Source of the DNA: Thermoanaerobaculia bacterium
GTDB lineage: Bacteria > Acidobacteriota > Thermoanaerobaculia > Gp7-AA8
Direction: 5' to 3'
Length of the DNA: 64,000 nucleotides
Assembly (NCBI GenBank): GCA_036375075.1
Contig: DASUSN010000216.1
Coordinates: forward strand, 10,302-74,301
In this document: positions 55,335-64,000 of the stretch, piece after piece
Position numbering within the stretch: position 1 is the first letter of the stretch
How the letters are laid out: each line of letters begins with the position of its first letter
Made by a program: the position numbers and the translations under genes
Notes under the pieces: generated by a model
Seen by the model: only the letters and a program-made list of their open reading frames with translations
The model's database searches: none
Told to the model about the DNA's origin: nothing

Positions 55335-57070
55335 TCGTCCTGCAGGCCCTCTGGACGGCCCTGAACCGCGCGCGCCGCGCGCTGTACCGCGCCGGCATCC
55401 TCCGCGCGAAACGGCTGCATCGCCCGGTGATCTCCGTCGGCGGGATCACGGCCGGCGGAGCGGGGAAGACGCCGGCGACGATCGCCGTCTGCCGAGCCTT
55501 GGCAGCGCGCGGCTTGCGCGTGGCGGTGCTCACGCGCGGCTACGGGCGCGGCGACCCATCGTATACAGGCCCCGTCACGACAAGTGATGCCGATAAATTT
55601 GGCGATGAACCAGTGCTGATTCGTCGTTCGATAATCGGTGAGGTATTAGTCGGATCGAATCGCTATAGAAATGCTCGCGATTTCGATTGCGATGTATTCG
55701 TGCTCGACGACGGCTTCCAGCACCTCCAGCTCCGCCGCGACTACGACCTCGTGATCGACGCCCCGGCGCGGTTCCATCGCGAGGGACGCTCCGCCCTGCG
55801 GGACGCCGACGCCGTCATCCCCCGCAGGCTGCGCACCCTGGTGCCGGAAGAGCTGCGCGGGAAACGCGTGTTTGCCTTCTCCGGGCTGGCGGACAACGAG
55901 CAGTTCTTCGCGTCTCTGCGCGAGGCCGGGCTCGACGTCGCCGGCACGAGGAGCTTCCCCGACCATCACCGTTACACCGCCGCGGACGTCGAATCGCTGA
56001 AGCGCGACGCGAACGGCCTCCCGCTCGTCACAAGCGAGAAGGACAAGGTCAAGATCGCGGATCCCGCGGTGCTCCCGGTGGGCGCGGAGCTGGAGATCCC
56101 GGAGGACGTACTGGAAGAGATCATCGACGTCGCCGCACAGCCGCGGAAGCCGAAGAAGCGCCGGAAGAACCCTCTGGTCCAGCGGATCGAGTACCTCGCG
56201 TACCGCTTCGTCGCCCGCCGGGTGACGGCGATGTCCGAGGCGTCGGTGCACCGCTGGGGGACGCGCCTCGGGGCGCTGGGCCGGAACGTCCTCCGGGGGC
56301 GCGACCGCCTGATGCTGCGCAACCTCCGCTTCGTCTACCCGGATCGCCCCGAGAGCGAGCTGCGGCAGATCGCGAAGGCCTGCTGGCACCACTTCGGCCG
56401 CGAGGTGCTGATCGGCATCCAGTCGCAGAACCTCACCCTCGAGCAGCTCGCCGAGCGCTGCCCGTTCGTGAACGCCCACCTCCTCGAAGAGGCCATCGCC
56501 CGCGGGAAGGGGACGATCCTCATCAGCGCGCACTGGGGCGGCTGGGAGGTCGCGGGGCAGGCCATCATGTCGATGGTGCGCAACATCCGCACGGTGGCGC
56601 GCCCCCTGGACAACGAGCTGCTCGAGCGCGAGCTGCAGCAGATCCGCGCCCGCACGGGGGCCGAGGTGGTGGACCGGCGGAAGGCGGCCCGGGTGCTGCT
56701 CAAAGGGCTCGCCGAGAACAGCGTCCTGGTGCTCCTCCCCGACCAGGCCGTGCTCCCCCGCGAGGGAGTCCTGGTCCCGTTTCTGGGCCGCCCCGCGTGG
56801 ACCACGCCGGCCCCCGCGAAGATGGCTTTACGAGCCGGTTCTACGATTGTGTTCGCTTTTTGCATCCCGGACGGCCTCAGGCATCGACTCGAGTTCGTGG
56901 AGTCCATTCGAGCCGACCTGCTGACGGAGTCGGAACGCGATCCGGTGGAACTGACGAAGCGCATCAATGAGATCATCAGCCGCCGCATCCATGAACGTCC
57001 TGATCTCTGGCTTTGGATGCACGACCGCTGGAAAGGGACCGGAGAAGGTGGCGTAAAGCATGGCGTGTGA
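55331..57070 (+). CDS. lpxK: Apparent single ORF fusing tetraacyldisaccharide 4'-kinase (LpxK) with an LpxL/HtrB-family lipid A acyltransferase
   Basis: LpxK P-loop ISVGGITAGGAGKTP and DDGFQH, then Lys/Pro linker (QPRKPKKRRKNP), then the acyltransferase H-x-G-x-WE motif (ISAHWGGWEV) and LLPDQ. No stop between domains in the supplied sequence. GTGA overlap with the kdtA stop. Confidence 0.65.
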   Translation: MIVLQALWTALNRARRALYRAGILRAKRLHRPVISVGGITAGGAGKTPATIAVCRALAARGLRVAVLTRGYGRGDPSYTGPVTTSDADKFGDEPVLIRRSIIGEVLVGSNRYRNARDFDCDVFVLDDGFQHLQLRRDYDLVIDAPARFHREGRSALRDADAVIPRRLRTLVPEELRGKRVFAFSGLADNEQFFASLREAGLDVAGTRSFPDHHRYTAADVESLKRDANGLPLVTSEKDKVKIADPAVLPVGAELEIPEDVLEEIIDVAAQPRKPKKRRKNPLVQRIEYLAYRFVARRVTAMSEASVHRWGTRLGALGRNVLRGRDRLMLRNLRFVYPDRPESELRQIAKACWHHFGREVLIGIQSQNLTLEQLAERCPFVNAHLLEEAIARGKGTILISAHWGGWEVAGQAIMSMVRNIRTVARPLDNELLERELQQIRARTGAEVVDRRKAARVLLKGLAENSVLVLLPDQAVLPREGVLVPFLGRPAWTTPAPAKMALRAGSTIVFAFCIPDGLRHRLEFVESIRADLLTESERDPVELTKRINEIISRRIHERPDLWLWMHDRWKGTGEGGVKHGV

Positions 57071-58088
57071 AACGGTCGTCGTGGGCCTCAACTGGGTCGG
57101 GGACAATGTCCTGGCCCTTCCGGCGTTCAAGGCACTGCAGCACCGCTTCCGGAGCGAGGGCGGCATCGCCGTCGTCGCGCCCGCGAACGTCGCGCCCCTC
57201 CTTGAGGCGACCAGCGTCTTCAAGGAAGTGATCCCGTGGAGCCGCTCGACCACGAAGCGCATCGCCGTGCTGCGCGAGCGCGACTTCCGCCGCGCGGTCA
57301 TCCTCCCGAACTCGTTCCGCGCCGCCTTCGTCACGTTCGCCGCCGGCATCGACGAACGGTGGGGCTACCCGACCGACTGGCGGGGCATGTTCCTCACGCA
57401 CTCGGTGACCCCTCCCGCCGTCCGCGGACACCAGCTCGACGACTACACCCCGCTCCTCGCGGCCCTCAACGCGCCCCGCGTGGTCGACGACATCCCGACC
57501 ATCAAGCTCCCCGCCGCCGTGCGCGAGCACGGCCGCAAACGCCTGCTGGAGATCGGCCTCCATCTCGACCGGCCGGTCATCGGCGTCCACCCGGGCGGCC
57601 TGTACGGCCGCGCGAAGCACTGGGGCGACGAACGTTACGTCGAAGTGATCCGCCGCCTGCGCCTGGACGGCTACGACGTGGTGCTGCTGACCAGCCCGGG
57701 CGAGCGCGCGCAGGCGGAGCGGATCGCCACGATCTGCAACGGCGTCCCGATGGTCGGCCACGACGGCGACGTCCTCGAGCTCGCCGCCGCGATGTCGCAT
57801 CTCGCCGCCATCATCACCAACGACAGCGGCCCTCTCCACGTCGCCGCCGCTCTCGCCGTCCCCTCGGTCGCCATCTTCGGCCCGACGGACCCGGAGCGCA
57901 CCGTCATCCCCGGCGCCACCCGCGTCGTCCGCCAGCACCTCGGCTGCCAGCCCTGCTACCAGCGCCAATGCCCGCTCAAGCACCACGGCTGCATGACCAG
58001 CGTGTCGGTGGACGAGGTGTTCGAGGCCGCATCGGGCCTCTTCGCCGAAACGGCCGTCGCCGAAGCCGTCCACCACATCGAGGCGTGA
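57060..58088 (+). CDS. ADP-heptose:LPS heptosyltransferase (GT9 family)
   Basis: [20 protein letters not shown]... ILPNSFRAA ... [17 protein letters not shown] is the GT9 pattern. Confidence 0.8.
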   Translation: MACETVVVGLNWVGDNVLALPAFKALQHRFRSEGGIAVVAPANVAPLLEATSVFKEVIPWSRSTTKRIAVLRERDFRRAVILPNSFRAAFVTFAAGIDERWGYPTDWRGMFLTHSVTPPAVRGHQLDDYTPLLAALNAPRVVDDIPTIKLPAAVREHGRKRLLEIGLHLDRPVIGVHPGGLYGRAKHWGDERYVEVIRRLRLDGYDVVLLTSPGERAQAERIATICNGVPMVGHDGDVLELAAAMSHLAAIITNDSGPLHVAAALAVPSVAIFGPTDPERTVIPGATRVVRQHLGCQPCYQRQCPLKHHGCMTSVSVDEVFEAASGLFAETAVAEAVHHIEA

Positions 58089-58134
58089 CGTTCGCCGAGG
58101 AGCCGGGGAGCTCCGGGGAACCTATAATCCCTGC

Positions 58135-58500
58135 ATGGCTCGTGCGGCCGCGGAAGAGAAACTCTACAAGATCGGCGAGGTCTGCAAGCTCGCCGAGCTG
58201 CAGCCGTACGTGCTGCGCTACTGGGAGACCGAGTTTCCCCAGCTCGCCCCCGGCAAGAGCGGCGGCGGCCAGCGCCTGTACACGAGGCGCGAAGTGGACA
58301 TCATCCTGCGCATCAAGGAGCTGCTCTACCGCGAGGGGTTCACCATCGCCGGGGCGAAAAAGAAGCTGGAGACGGAGATGAACGAGCCGGCAGCGGCGGT
58401 TGCCGACGTACCTCCGGCTCCTCCGCCTCCGCCCGCAGCCATCGATCTCTCGAACGTGAAGCGCGAGCTGCGCGCGATCCTCGACATGCTCGCAGAGTAA
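58135..58500 (+). CDS. MerR-family transcriptional regulator
   Basis: [26 protein letters not shown]...[18 protein letters not shown] (MerR HTH); Pro-rich C-terminus. Confidence 0.7.
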   Translation: MARAAAEEKLYKIGEVCKLAELQPYVLRYWETEFPQLAPGKSGGGQRLYTRREVDIILRIKELLYREGFTIAGAKKKLETEMNEPAAAVADVPPAPPPPPAAIDLSNVKRELRAILDMLAE

Positions 58501-58560
58501 TGTAGGGCGTGGCTTCACGCCCGCCCACGGGGGGAGGCGGGCTGAAGCCACGCCCTACAT
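58501..58560. terminator. About 25-bp-stem perfect hairpin (TGTAGGGCGTGGCTTCA..GCCCGCC / GGCGGGC..TGAAGCCACGCCCTACA) between convergent merR and glgA-side genes; bidirectional terminator
   Basis: tgtagggcgtggcttcacgcccgcccacggggggaggcgggctgaagccacgccctacat. Confidence 0.65.
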
Positions 58561-58594
58561 TCGACGTTCGGCGGAAAGGTGGAAATTCAGTTCG

Positions 58595-58702
58595 CTAGCG
58601 TTTGCGGCGAGTGACGCGGACCGGTGCTGGCGCAAGACGCGGCTTTGTACCGGCTGCGATCACCAGGAGCGTTCCGGCTATTGCAAGAATGACTTCGATC
58701 AT
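58595..58702 (-). CDS. Candidate small hydrophobic protein (35 aa) translationally coupled downstream of glgA
   Basis: AGGAGG 7 nt upstream of ATG 58702; MIEVILAIAGTLLVIAAGTKPRLAPAPVRVTRRKR*. Not in ORF track (under 60 aa). Confidence 0.35.
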   Translation of the reverse strand: MIEVILAIAGTLLVIAAGTKPRLAPAPVRVTRRKR

Positions 58703-58720
58703 GCCGTCCTCCTGCACTCT

Positions 58721-60190
58721 CTAGTGCACATCGGCGGCCAGTTTGTAAATGCGCTCGTAGTCTCTCGCCGACCGCTCCCACGAAAGGTCCGCGGACATGC
58801 CGTTCGCCTGCAGCGCCTTCCACACGTCCCCGTCCTTGAAGTTCAGCATCGCCACCCACGTCGCCAGATAGAGCTCGACCGGATGCGCCGCGACGAAGCC
58901 GAACCCGTTCGCATCCTCGAGATTGGTGCCATCAAAAGGGATCACCGTGTCCGCTAATCCGCCCGTCAGCCGCACGACCGGAAGCGTGCCGTACCGCAGC
59001 GCGTACATCTGGTTGAGGCCGCACGGCTCGTACATCGACGGCATCAGCAGCAGGTCCGAGCCGGCGTAGATCCGGTGCGCGAGCGCGTTGTCGAAGCCGA
59101 TCCACACCCGGCAGTGGCTGGGATGGCGCGCGCCGATGGTCTGCAGCGCCTGCTCCAGCTCCGGCTCGCCGCTGCCGAGGAGCACCACCTGCGCGCCGGC
59201 CGCCAGCAGGCGGTCGAGGATCGGGATCAGGAGCTGGAACCCCTTCTGTCCGACCAGCCGCGACACTGCGCCGATGAGCGGCGTCTTCGCGGAGAACTTG
59301 AACCCCGCTTCCTTCACCAGCGCGCGCTTGTTCTTCGCCTTGTCCTTCAGCGTGTCCGCGTCGTAGTTCGACGCCAGCAGCGGGTCCGTCGCCGGGTCCC
59401 ACTCGTCCACGTCGATGCCGTTCAGGATCCCGCTGAGCTTGTACGACACGTGCCGCAGCACGCCGTCCAGCCCCGCCCCGTGCTCGCTCGTCCGGATCTC
59501 CCGCGCGTACGTCGGCGACACCGTCGTCACCTGGTCGGCGAAGAGGATGCCGCCCTTCATCGGATTCACCGTCCCGAAATGCTCGACCGCGTCCGGCGCC
59601 CAGTAGCGGCTGTGCAGCCCCGTCAGCGGAAACGCGTCCGGGCCCGCCACGCCCTGGTACATGAGGTTGTGGATCGTGTAGACGGAGCGCGTCTTCGCGA
59701 AGTGCGGCCCGCCTCGCAGGCCGGAGTGGAGATACACCGGCAGCAGCGCCGTGTGCCAGTCGTGCGCGTGGAGGATGTCCGGCCGCACGTCGAGCAGCTC
59801 GCAGCCGCGGATGACGGCGCGCGAGAAGAACGTGTAGCGCAGCAGGAAGTCGTCCACGCCGTTTGCCGCGCGCGCGTAGATCTGGTCGCGCTCGAAGAAG
59901 TAATCGTTCGCGACGAGGATCAGCGGGATCTCCGTCCCCGGAAGCACCGTGCGCAGGAACGTCGCCTCCGCGATCCAGTTCCCCCAGCCGATCGTCACCG
60001 TCGGCGCGCACTGGTACGGCGTGACGCCGTTCTGGTCGAACCAGTGCCGCGCCTGGCGATAGAAGGGCATGAAGACCACGACCTCGTGGCCGAGCTTCGC
60101 CAGCGCTTTGGGCAGGGCCCCGCAAACGTCCCCCAGACCGCCGGTCTTGGCGATCGGCGAAACCTCGGCTGTGGCGAAAACGATTCTCAT
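58721..60190 (-). CDS. glgA: Glycogen synthase (GT5)
   Basis: MRIVFATAEVSPIAKTGGLGDV and the C-terminal GT-B motifs (PSMYEPCGL). Confidence 0.9.
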   Translation of the reverse strand: MRIVFATAEVSPIAKTGGLGDVCGALPKALAKLGHEVVVFMPFYRQARHWFDQNGVTPYQCAPTVTIGWGNWIAEATFLRTVLPGTEIPLILVANDYFFERDQIYARAANGVDDFLLRYTFFSRAVIRGCELLDVRPDILHAHDWHTALLPVYLHSGLRGGPHFAKTRSVYTIHNLMYQGVAGPDAFPLTGLHSRYWAPDAVEHFGTVNPMKGGILFADQVTTVSPTYAREIRTSEHGAGLDGVLRHVSYKLSGILNGIDVDEWDPATDPLLASNYDADTLKDKAKNKRALVKEAGFKFSAKTPLIGAVSRLVGQKGFQLLIPILDRLLAAGAQVVLLGSGEPELEQALQTIGARHPSHCRVWIGFDNALAHRIYAGSDLLLMPSMYEPCGLNQMYALRYGTLPVVRLTGGLADTVIPFDGTNLEDANGFGFVAAHPVELYLATWVAMLNFKDGDVWKALQANGMSADLSWERSARDYERIYKLAADVH

Positions 60191-61002
60191 TGAATGACGA
60201 CGGAAGCGTATCCCACTACGTGCGAGTAGTCGCCGTTCACGTCGCCGGACGTCGCGTGCTTGATCAGCCGCGCGCTGGTGGCGCCGAGGGCGTTCGTGGC
60301 GATGAGCATGGTCGTGGTGGGGATGAAGCCGCACATCGAGACGTCGTATTCGTCGACCACGCGCCACAGCTCCCGCGGATCGCGGGCCAGGACCTGGTCG
60401 ATCGCGAGCTGGTCCTTGCGCAGCGTCTCGCGCTGGTCTTCGTAGTGGTTGAGGTCCGACGACGCCAGGATCGCGACGTCCGTCTCGCTCTTCAGCACCT
60501 CGGCGATCGCCCGGCCGATCTCTTCGGCGTAATCGTAGCGGTGGGCGCCGAGGCAGATGGGAACGAAGGTGAAGTCCCCGCCGAGGAGGCGCTGGAGGAA
60601 GGGGAGCTGGACTTCGAGCGAGTGCTCGCGCGCATGCGCCCGCATGTCCTCGGCCAGCAGCGGCGTCTTCGCCATCAGGGCGCCCGCCAGCGGGGTATCG
60701 ATGGCCACGTCGCCGAGGGGCGTGCGCCACGCGCCATCGCAGTTGATGGCGGCGAAGTGACCGGCGCCTGTGTGATTCGGGCAGAGGATGACGAAGCGCT
60801 TCGGCAGCTCGGCGGACGCGTAGAGCGCGGCGACGACGTGGCCGCTGTACATCAGCCCCGCATGCGGCACCACGGCGCCGAGGAACCGTTCCTTCCGTTC
60901 GGGCTGCGGGTTGGCCGCGAAACACGCGTCGACCTGCCGCGTGAGGCGGTCGGGCGTCCCCTCGTAAAACGTGCCGGCGACGGCCGGTGGGCGAGTCGTC
61001 AT
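60187..61002 (-). CDS. MEMO1-family protein (AmmeMemoRadiSam system protein B homolog), ATGA-coupled to glgA
   Basis: AGTFYEGTP...VPHAGLMYSGHVVAALY...LCPNHTG...SDLNHY are the MEMO1/AmMemoRadiSam-B pattern. No AMMECR1 or radical-SAM partner nearby. Confidence 0.7.
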   Translation of the reverse strand: MTTRPPAVAGTFYEGTPDRLTRQVDACFAANPQPERKERFLGAVVPHAGLMYSGHVVAALYASAELPKRFVILCPNHTGAGHFAAINCDGAWRTPLGDVAIDTPLAGALMAKTPLLAEDMRAHAREHSLEVQLPFLQRLLGGDFTFVPICLGAHRYDYAEEIGRAIAEVLKSETDVAILASSDLNHYEDQRETLRKDQLAIDQVLARDPRELWRVVDEYDVSMCGFIPTTTMLIATNALGATSARLIKHATSGDVNGDYSHVVGYASVVIQ

Positions 61003-61226
61003 GCGCCTAATGTAGTGCGCGCAAACGAGAAGTGCCGCGAGACACGCTCCGCGGCACTCCGTGGCGGTGGTTGTCGTTCGCTCGTTGCGTCGGGGCGACT
61101 GCATGTTCCCCTGGGGCGTTACTGCTGAGAAGGAAGGGTCTGCCCGCTGCCCTGGCGCGCCGCGAGGGGCGAGCTCGCCTTCCATTCCACCGTCGCCCGG
61201 ATGAATTGCAGCGCGTGTGCCATCCG

Positions 61227-61365
61227 AGTTCCTCGGAGTGCCTCGGAGTGCCTCGGGTTCCTCGGAGTGGTCGGCCGAGGAACGAGAGACTCCCGAGGAG
61301 CTCCGAGGAACTCCGAGGAACCCGAGGAACCCCGAGGAACTCCGAGGAACCCGAGGAACCGCCGC
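61227..61365. repeat. Inverted tandem-repeat array of the 10-11-bp unit TTCCTCGGAGT (4 direct copies) and its complement CTCCGAGGAA (8 copies), ending 13 bp upstream of the MocR-type regulator start
   Basis: gttcctcggagtgcctcggagtgcctcgggttcctcggagtgg ... ccgaggaacgagagactcccgaggagctccgaggaactccgaggaacccgaggaaccccgaggaactccgaggaacccgaggaacc. Confidence 0.65.
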
Positions 61366-61377
61366 TAGACTCGCGCG

Positions 61378-62792
61378 ATGGAATTGCACGTCCGCCTCGA
61401 AGGACGCGGCGACCTCGCGCGGCAGATCTATCGCCAGATCCGCGCGGCCATCGCCAGCGGCAGGCTGAAGCGCGGCGACCGGCTGCCGCCCACCCGCGAG
61501 CTCGCGCAGCGGCTCGACGTCTCGCGCAACACCGTCGCGCTCGCGTTCGAGTGGCTGGTCGCGGAAGGGCTGCTCAGCGGACGCAGCGGCGCCGGGACCT
61601 TCGTGGAGAGTGATCCCGCGGCGCGCGGCGGGCGCAAGCCGTCGAGCGCGCAGATCCGCCACCGCGCGATCTGGAACGAGCTCACCACCCTCGGCCGCCG
61701 CGGCCCCGCGCCGCCGTTCGACTTCGGCGTGGGCATGCCGGACGCGCAACTGTTCCCGTTCGAAGCCTGGCGCCGCCTGCAGGCGCGGCAGCTCCACGCG
61801 TCGATGCTGTCCGCCGACTACGGCAATCCCGCGGGACATCCGAAGCTGCGCGAGGCCATCGCGCGGCACGTCGGGGTGGCGCGCGGCGTGATCTGCCGGC
61901 CGGAGGACGTGATCGTCACGAACGGCGCGCAGCAGGCGTTCGATCTCATCGCGCGCGTGCTGCTCGAGCCGAATGCGCAGGTGGCGGTCGAGGAGCCGGG
62001 CTATCCGCCGCCGCGCATGCTCTCGAGTCCCTCGGCGCCCGCGTCGCGAGCGTGCCGGTCGACGACGCGGGGCTGGACGTCGCCGCGCTCCCCGACCAGG
62101 CGCGCCTGGTCTACGTCACGCCCTCGCATCAGTTCCCCCTGGGCATGCCGATGTCGCACGCACGCCGGCAGGCGCTGCTGGACTGGGCGGAGCGGCGCAA
62201 CGCGGTGATCGTCGAGGACGACTACGACAGCGAGTTCCGCTTCGGCGGACGGCCGTTGGAGACGCTGCAGGCGTCGGACCGCAGCGGACGCGTGATCTAC
62301 GTCGGCTCGTTCTCGAAGTCCATGCTCCCCGCGCTCCGCCTCGGCTTCCTGATCGCGCCCGAGCCACTGCAGAAAAGTCTGCATACGGCAAACTTCGTGG
62401 CCTCGTGGCACGCGGCGTGGCCGGCGCAGGCGGCCCTGGCGGCATTCATGGAGAAGGGCCTGTTCGCGCGGCACGTGCGGAAGATGCGGCGCGAGTACGC
62501 CGCGCGGCACGACCGCATCGTGCGGACGCTCACGCGCGACTTCTCGCGCTGGCTGACGCCGGTGGTGGCCGAAACGGGGATGCACGTCTGCGCGACGCTG
62601 CGGTCGCAGAGCGTGCGGCGCGAGGGAGAGATCGCCGCTCGCGCGCGCTCCGCGGGCGTGGGGCTGGACCGGCTCTCGATGTACTGCCGCGGCGACGAGC
62701 GCGCCGGCTTCGTCCTCGGCTACGGCGCGATTCCGGAGTCGAAAATCGACGAGGGACTGCGCCGCCTGCGCTCGTGCTTGGCCCAGTGAAGT
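61378..62792 (+). pseudogene. MocR/GabR-family regulator (GntR-type HTH + class I/II aminotransferase-like domain) interrupted by an apparent 1-nt frameshift near 62005-62020 (could also be a sequencing error)
   Basis: ORF 61378..62208 carries the HTH (LPPTRELAQRLDVSRNTVALAFEWL) and the start of the AT domain up to EEPGYPPPR. ORF 62052..62789 continues in another frame (..ESLGARVASVPVDDAGLDV...SFSKSMLPALRLGFLIAP..). Restoring one base in ccgccgccgcgcatg rejoins them. Confidence 0.55.
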
Positions 62793-62843
62793 CCGTCGAA
62801 AGCGGCACTTTTCGCGGGCCGCTTCGGGCGCAGACTGCACGTC

Positions 62844-63293
62844 ATGAAAGCACGACTGAACTACACCAACGGCATCTACGACGCAATGGACGCCCTCGAC
62901 CAGTACCTCGGCAACTGCTCCCTCGACGCCAGCCTCCTGCACCTCGTGCGGCTGCGCGCGTCGCAGATCAACGGCTGCGCGTACTGCCTCGACATGCACT
63001 GGAAAGACCTCCGCGCCGGGGGTGAGAACGAACAGCGCTTGTACTCCCTGGACGCATGGCGCGAGTGCCCGTACTACACGGACCGCGAGCGCGCCGCGCT
63101 GGAGTGGACGGAGGCGGTCACGCGCATCACGGAGGGACACGCGTCCGATGATGCATACGCGCGGGTTCGCGCACAGTTCAACGAGAAGGAGCTGGCGGAC
63201 CTGACCCTCGCCATCACGACGATCAACGCGTGGAACCGGTTGTCGATCGCGGCACGGCTGGTGCCGGGTAAATACCAGCCCGCCGCGGCGTAG
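62844..63293 (+). CDS. Carboxymuconolactone decarboxylase (AhpD-like) family protein
   Basis: INGCAYCLDMH (CxxC AhpD-like motif). Confidence 0.7.
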   Translation: MKARLNYTNGIYDAMDALDQYLGNCSLDASLLHLVRLRASQINGCAYCLDMHWKDLRAGGENEQRLYSLDAWRECPYYTDRERAALEWTEAVTRITEGHASDDAYARVRAQFNEKELADLTLAITTINAWNRLSIAARLVPGKYQPAAA

Positions 63294-63303
63294 GCGCGCT
63301 TCG

Positions 63304-63378
63304 TTCCAGGAGTGTGGTGGCGCGGGTGGCGGGCGGCCGGGAGCCCGTCCGCCCTACCTCGCCACCGCACTCCTGGAA
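63304..63378. terminator. 19-bp-stem inverted repeat (TTCCAGGAGTGTGGTGGCG / CGCCACCGCACTCCTGGAA) between convergent genes; bidirectional terminator
   Basis: Read directly from sequence. Confidence 0.55.
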
Positions 63379-63381
63379 CAC

Positions 63382-64000
63382 TCACCGCGGGAACGAGGGC
63401 GAGTACAGCACCGCGTTCAGGAAGATCGGCAGCGTCCCTCTCCAGAACAGCCGGAAATGCGGGTCGTCGGCGAAGGTGATGACCTGGCCGCGGCCGGAGG
63501 GCTCGCTCACGACGTACACCGAGCCTTTGATCCGTTCGAGCGACTCGTTCCACGCGACGCCGGAGATCAGCGGCTCTTTGGCGTCGATGGTGAGGATGTT
63601 GTCCACCTTCTTCGGCAGCGGCAGGAACGCGCCCGTGCCCTCCACCAGCACCGCGGGTGGCCTCGGAACGCCGAACGTCAGGTACGAACGGTCGTTCATC
63701 GTCGTGCGGAACGCCGAGCCGGGGATGCGGAAGTCGTTGTAGCGCTCGTCGGCCGCGGGCGCGTCCTTGTCGTCGTCTTTCTTCTTTGGCGGCTCCCACG
63801 GCTTGAGCTTGGAGATCTCGACGTCCTTCGCCCGCAGGAAGGCGCTCGCGCCCTTCACCGCCACGATCGTTCCGCCCTCGGCCACCCACTGCTTGAGCTT
63901 CTCGATGCCGCTCTTGCCGACCCGGTCGGCGTAGCTGCCGTCGGGGAAGACCAGCACCTCGTAGTCGTGCAGCTCGATGCTGCGCAGCGACTCGGTGGAG
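63382..64000 (-). CDS. Hypothetical protein, 3' portion only (reading frame continues past the window end)
   Basis: In-frame with no stop from 63957 to 64000; the displayed M is a GTG. ...VLVFPDGSYADRVGKSGIEKLKQWVAEGGTIVAVKGASAFL... No family assigned. Confidence 0.4.
   Translation of the reverse strand, partial: STESLRSIELHDYEVLVFPDGSYADRVGKSGIEKLKQWVAEGGTIVAVKGASAFLRAKDVEISKLKPWEPPKKKDDDKDAPAADERYNDFRIPGSAFRTTMNDRSYLTFGVPRPPAVLVEGTGAFLPLPKKVDNILTIDAKEPLISGVAWNESLERIKGSVYVVSEPSGRGQVITFADDPHFRLFWRGTLPIFLNAVLYSPSFPR

Noticed and set aside
61217-61468. 83-aa ORF (+) rich in PEELRGTPRN
   Set aside because: Translation of the CTCCGAGGAA tandem-repeat array; overlaps the well-supported start of the MocR-type regulator.

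Overview
This 64 kb window is high-GC (about 70% by eye) bacterial chromosome, densely coded, with most operons on the minus strand. An LPS core cluster (kdtA, lpxK/lpxL, heptosyltransferase) and an MlaFE ABC pair indicate a Gram-negative (diderm) organism; the phylum cannot be determined from the sequence alone.

Conserved housekeeping backbone:
- xseA-xseB-ispA-dxs-(PIN)-tlyA operon
- hemA-hemC-cobA/hemD heme genes with a CcsA/HemX-like membrane protein
- hflX, fmt-rsmB, pyrE, moeB (rhodanese fusion), alr, uvrD/pcrA, tatA, rfbD, glgA, HU, Dgt-like dGTPase, a GH15 glucoamylase, and a Fur-family regulator truncated at the window start

Unusual content:
- A roughly 4.2 kb low-GC (about 55-58% by eye) island at about 37.45-41.64 kb. 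It encodes a cytoplasmic gingipain-like (C25, clan CD) cysteine peptidase, a small downstream ORF, and a divergently transcribed 748-aa membrane/TPR protein with a Pro-Val pentapeptide-repeat tail. GTGCGGAGG-type palindromic repeats flank it at about 37.0 kb and 46.0-46.3 kb.
- A roughly 475 bp giant palindromic composite repeat (two 129-bp tandem units of hairpins inside long terminal inverted arms) between phzF and dgt.
- A recurring style of intergenic element built from short tandem repeats (7, 8, 9 and 10-11 bp) laid out as inverted arrays at five loci.
- A PIN-domain gene translationally coupled inside the dxs-tlyA operon.
- An apparent LpxK-LpxL fusion ORF.
- A frameshifted MocR-family regulator preceded by a 12-copy repeat array.
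- Two C25 peptidases in the window.
- Zinc-ribbon N-termini on an orphan histidine-kinase-like protein and on a neighbouring TPR protein.

No rRNA, tRNA, CRISPR array, integrase or transposase gene was recognisable. All calls come from reading the supplied ORF translations and the nucleotide sequence; nothing was searched against a database.
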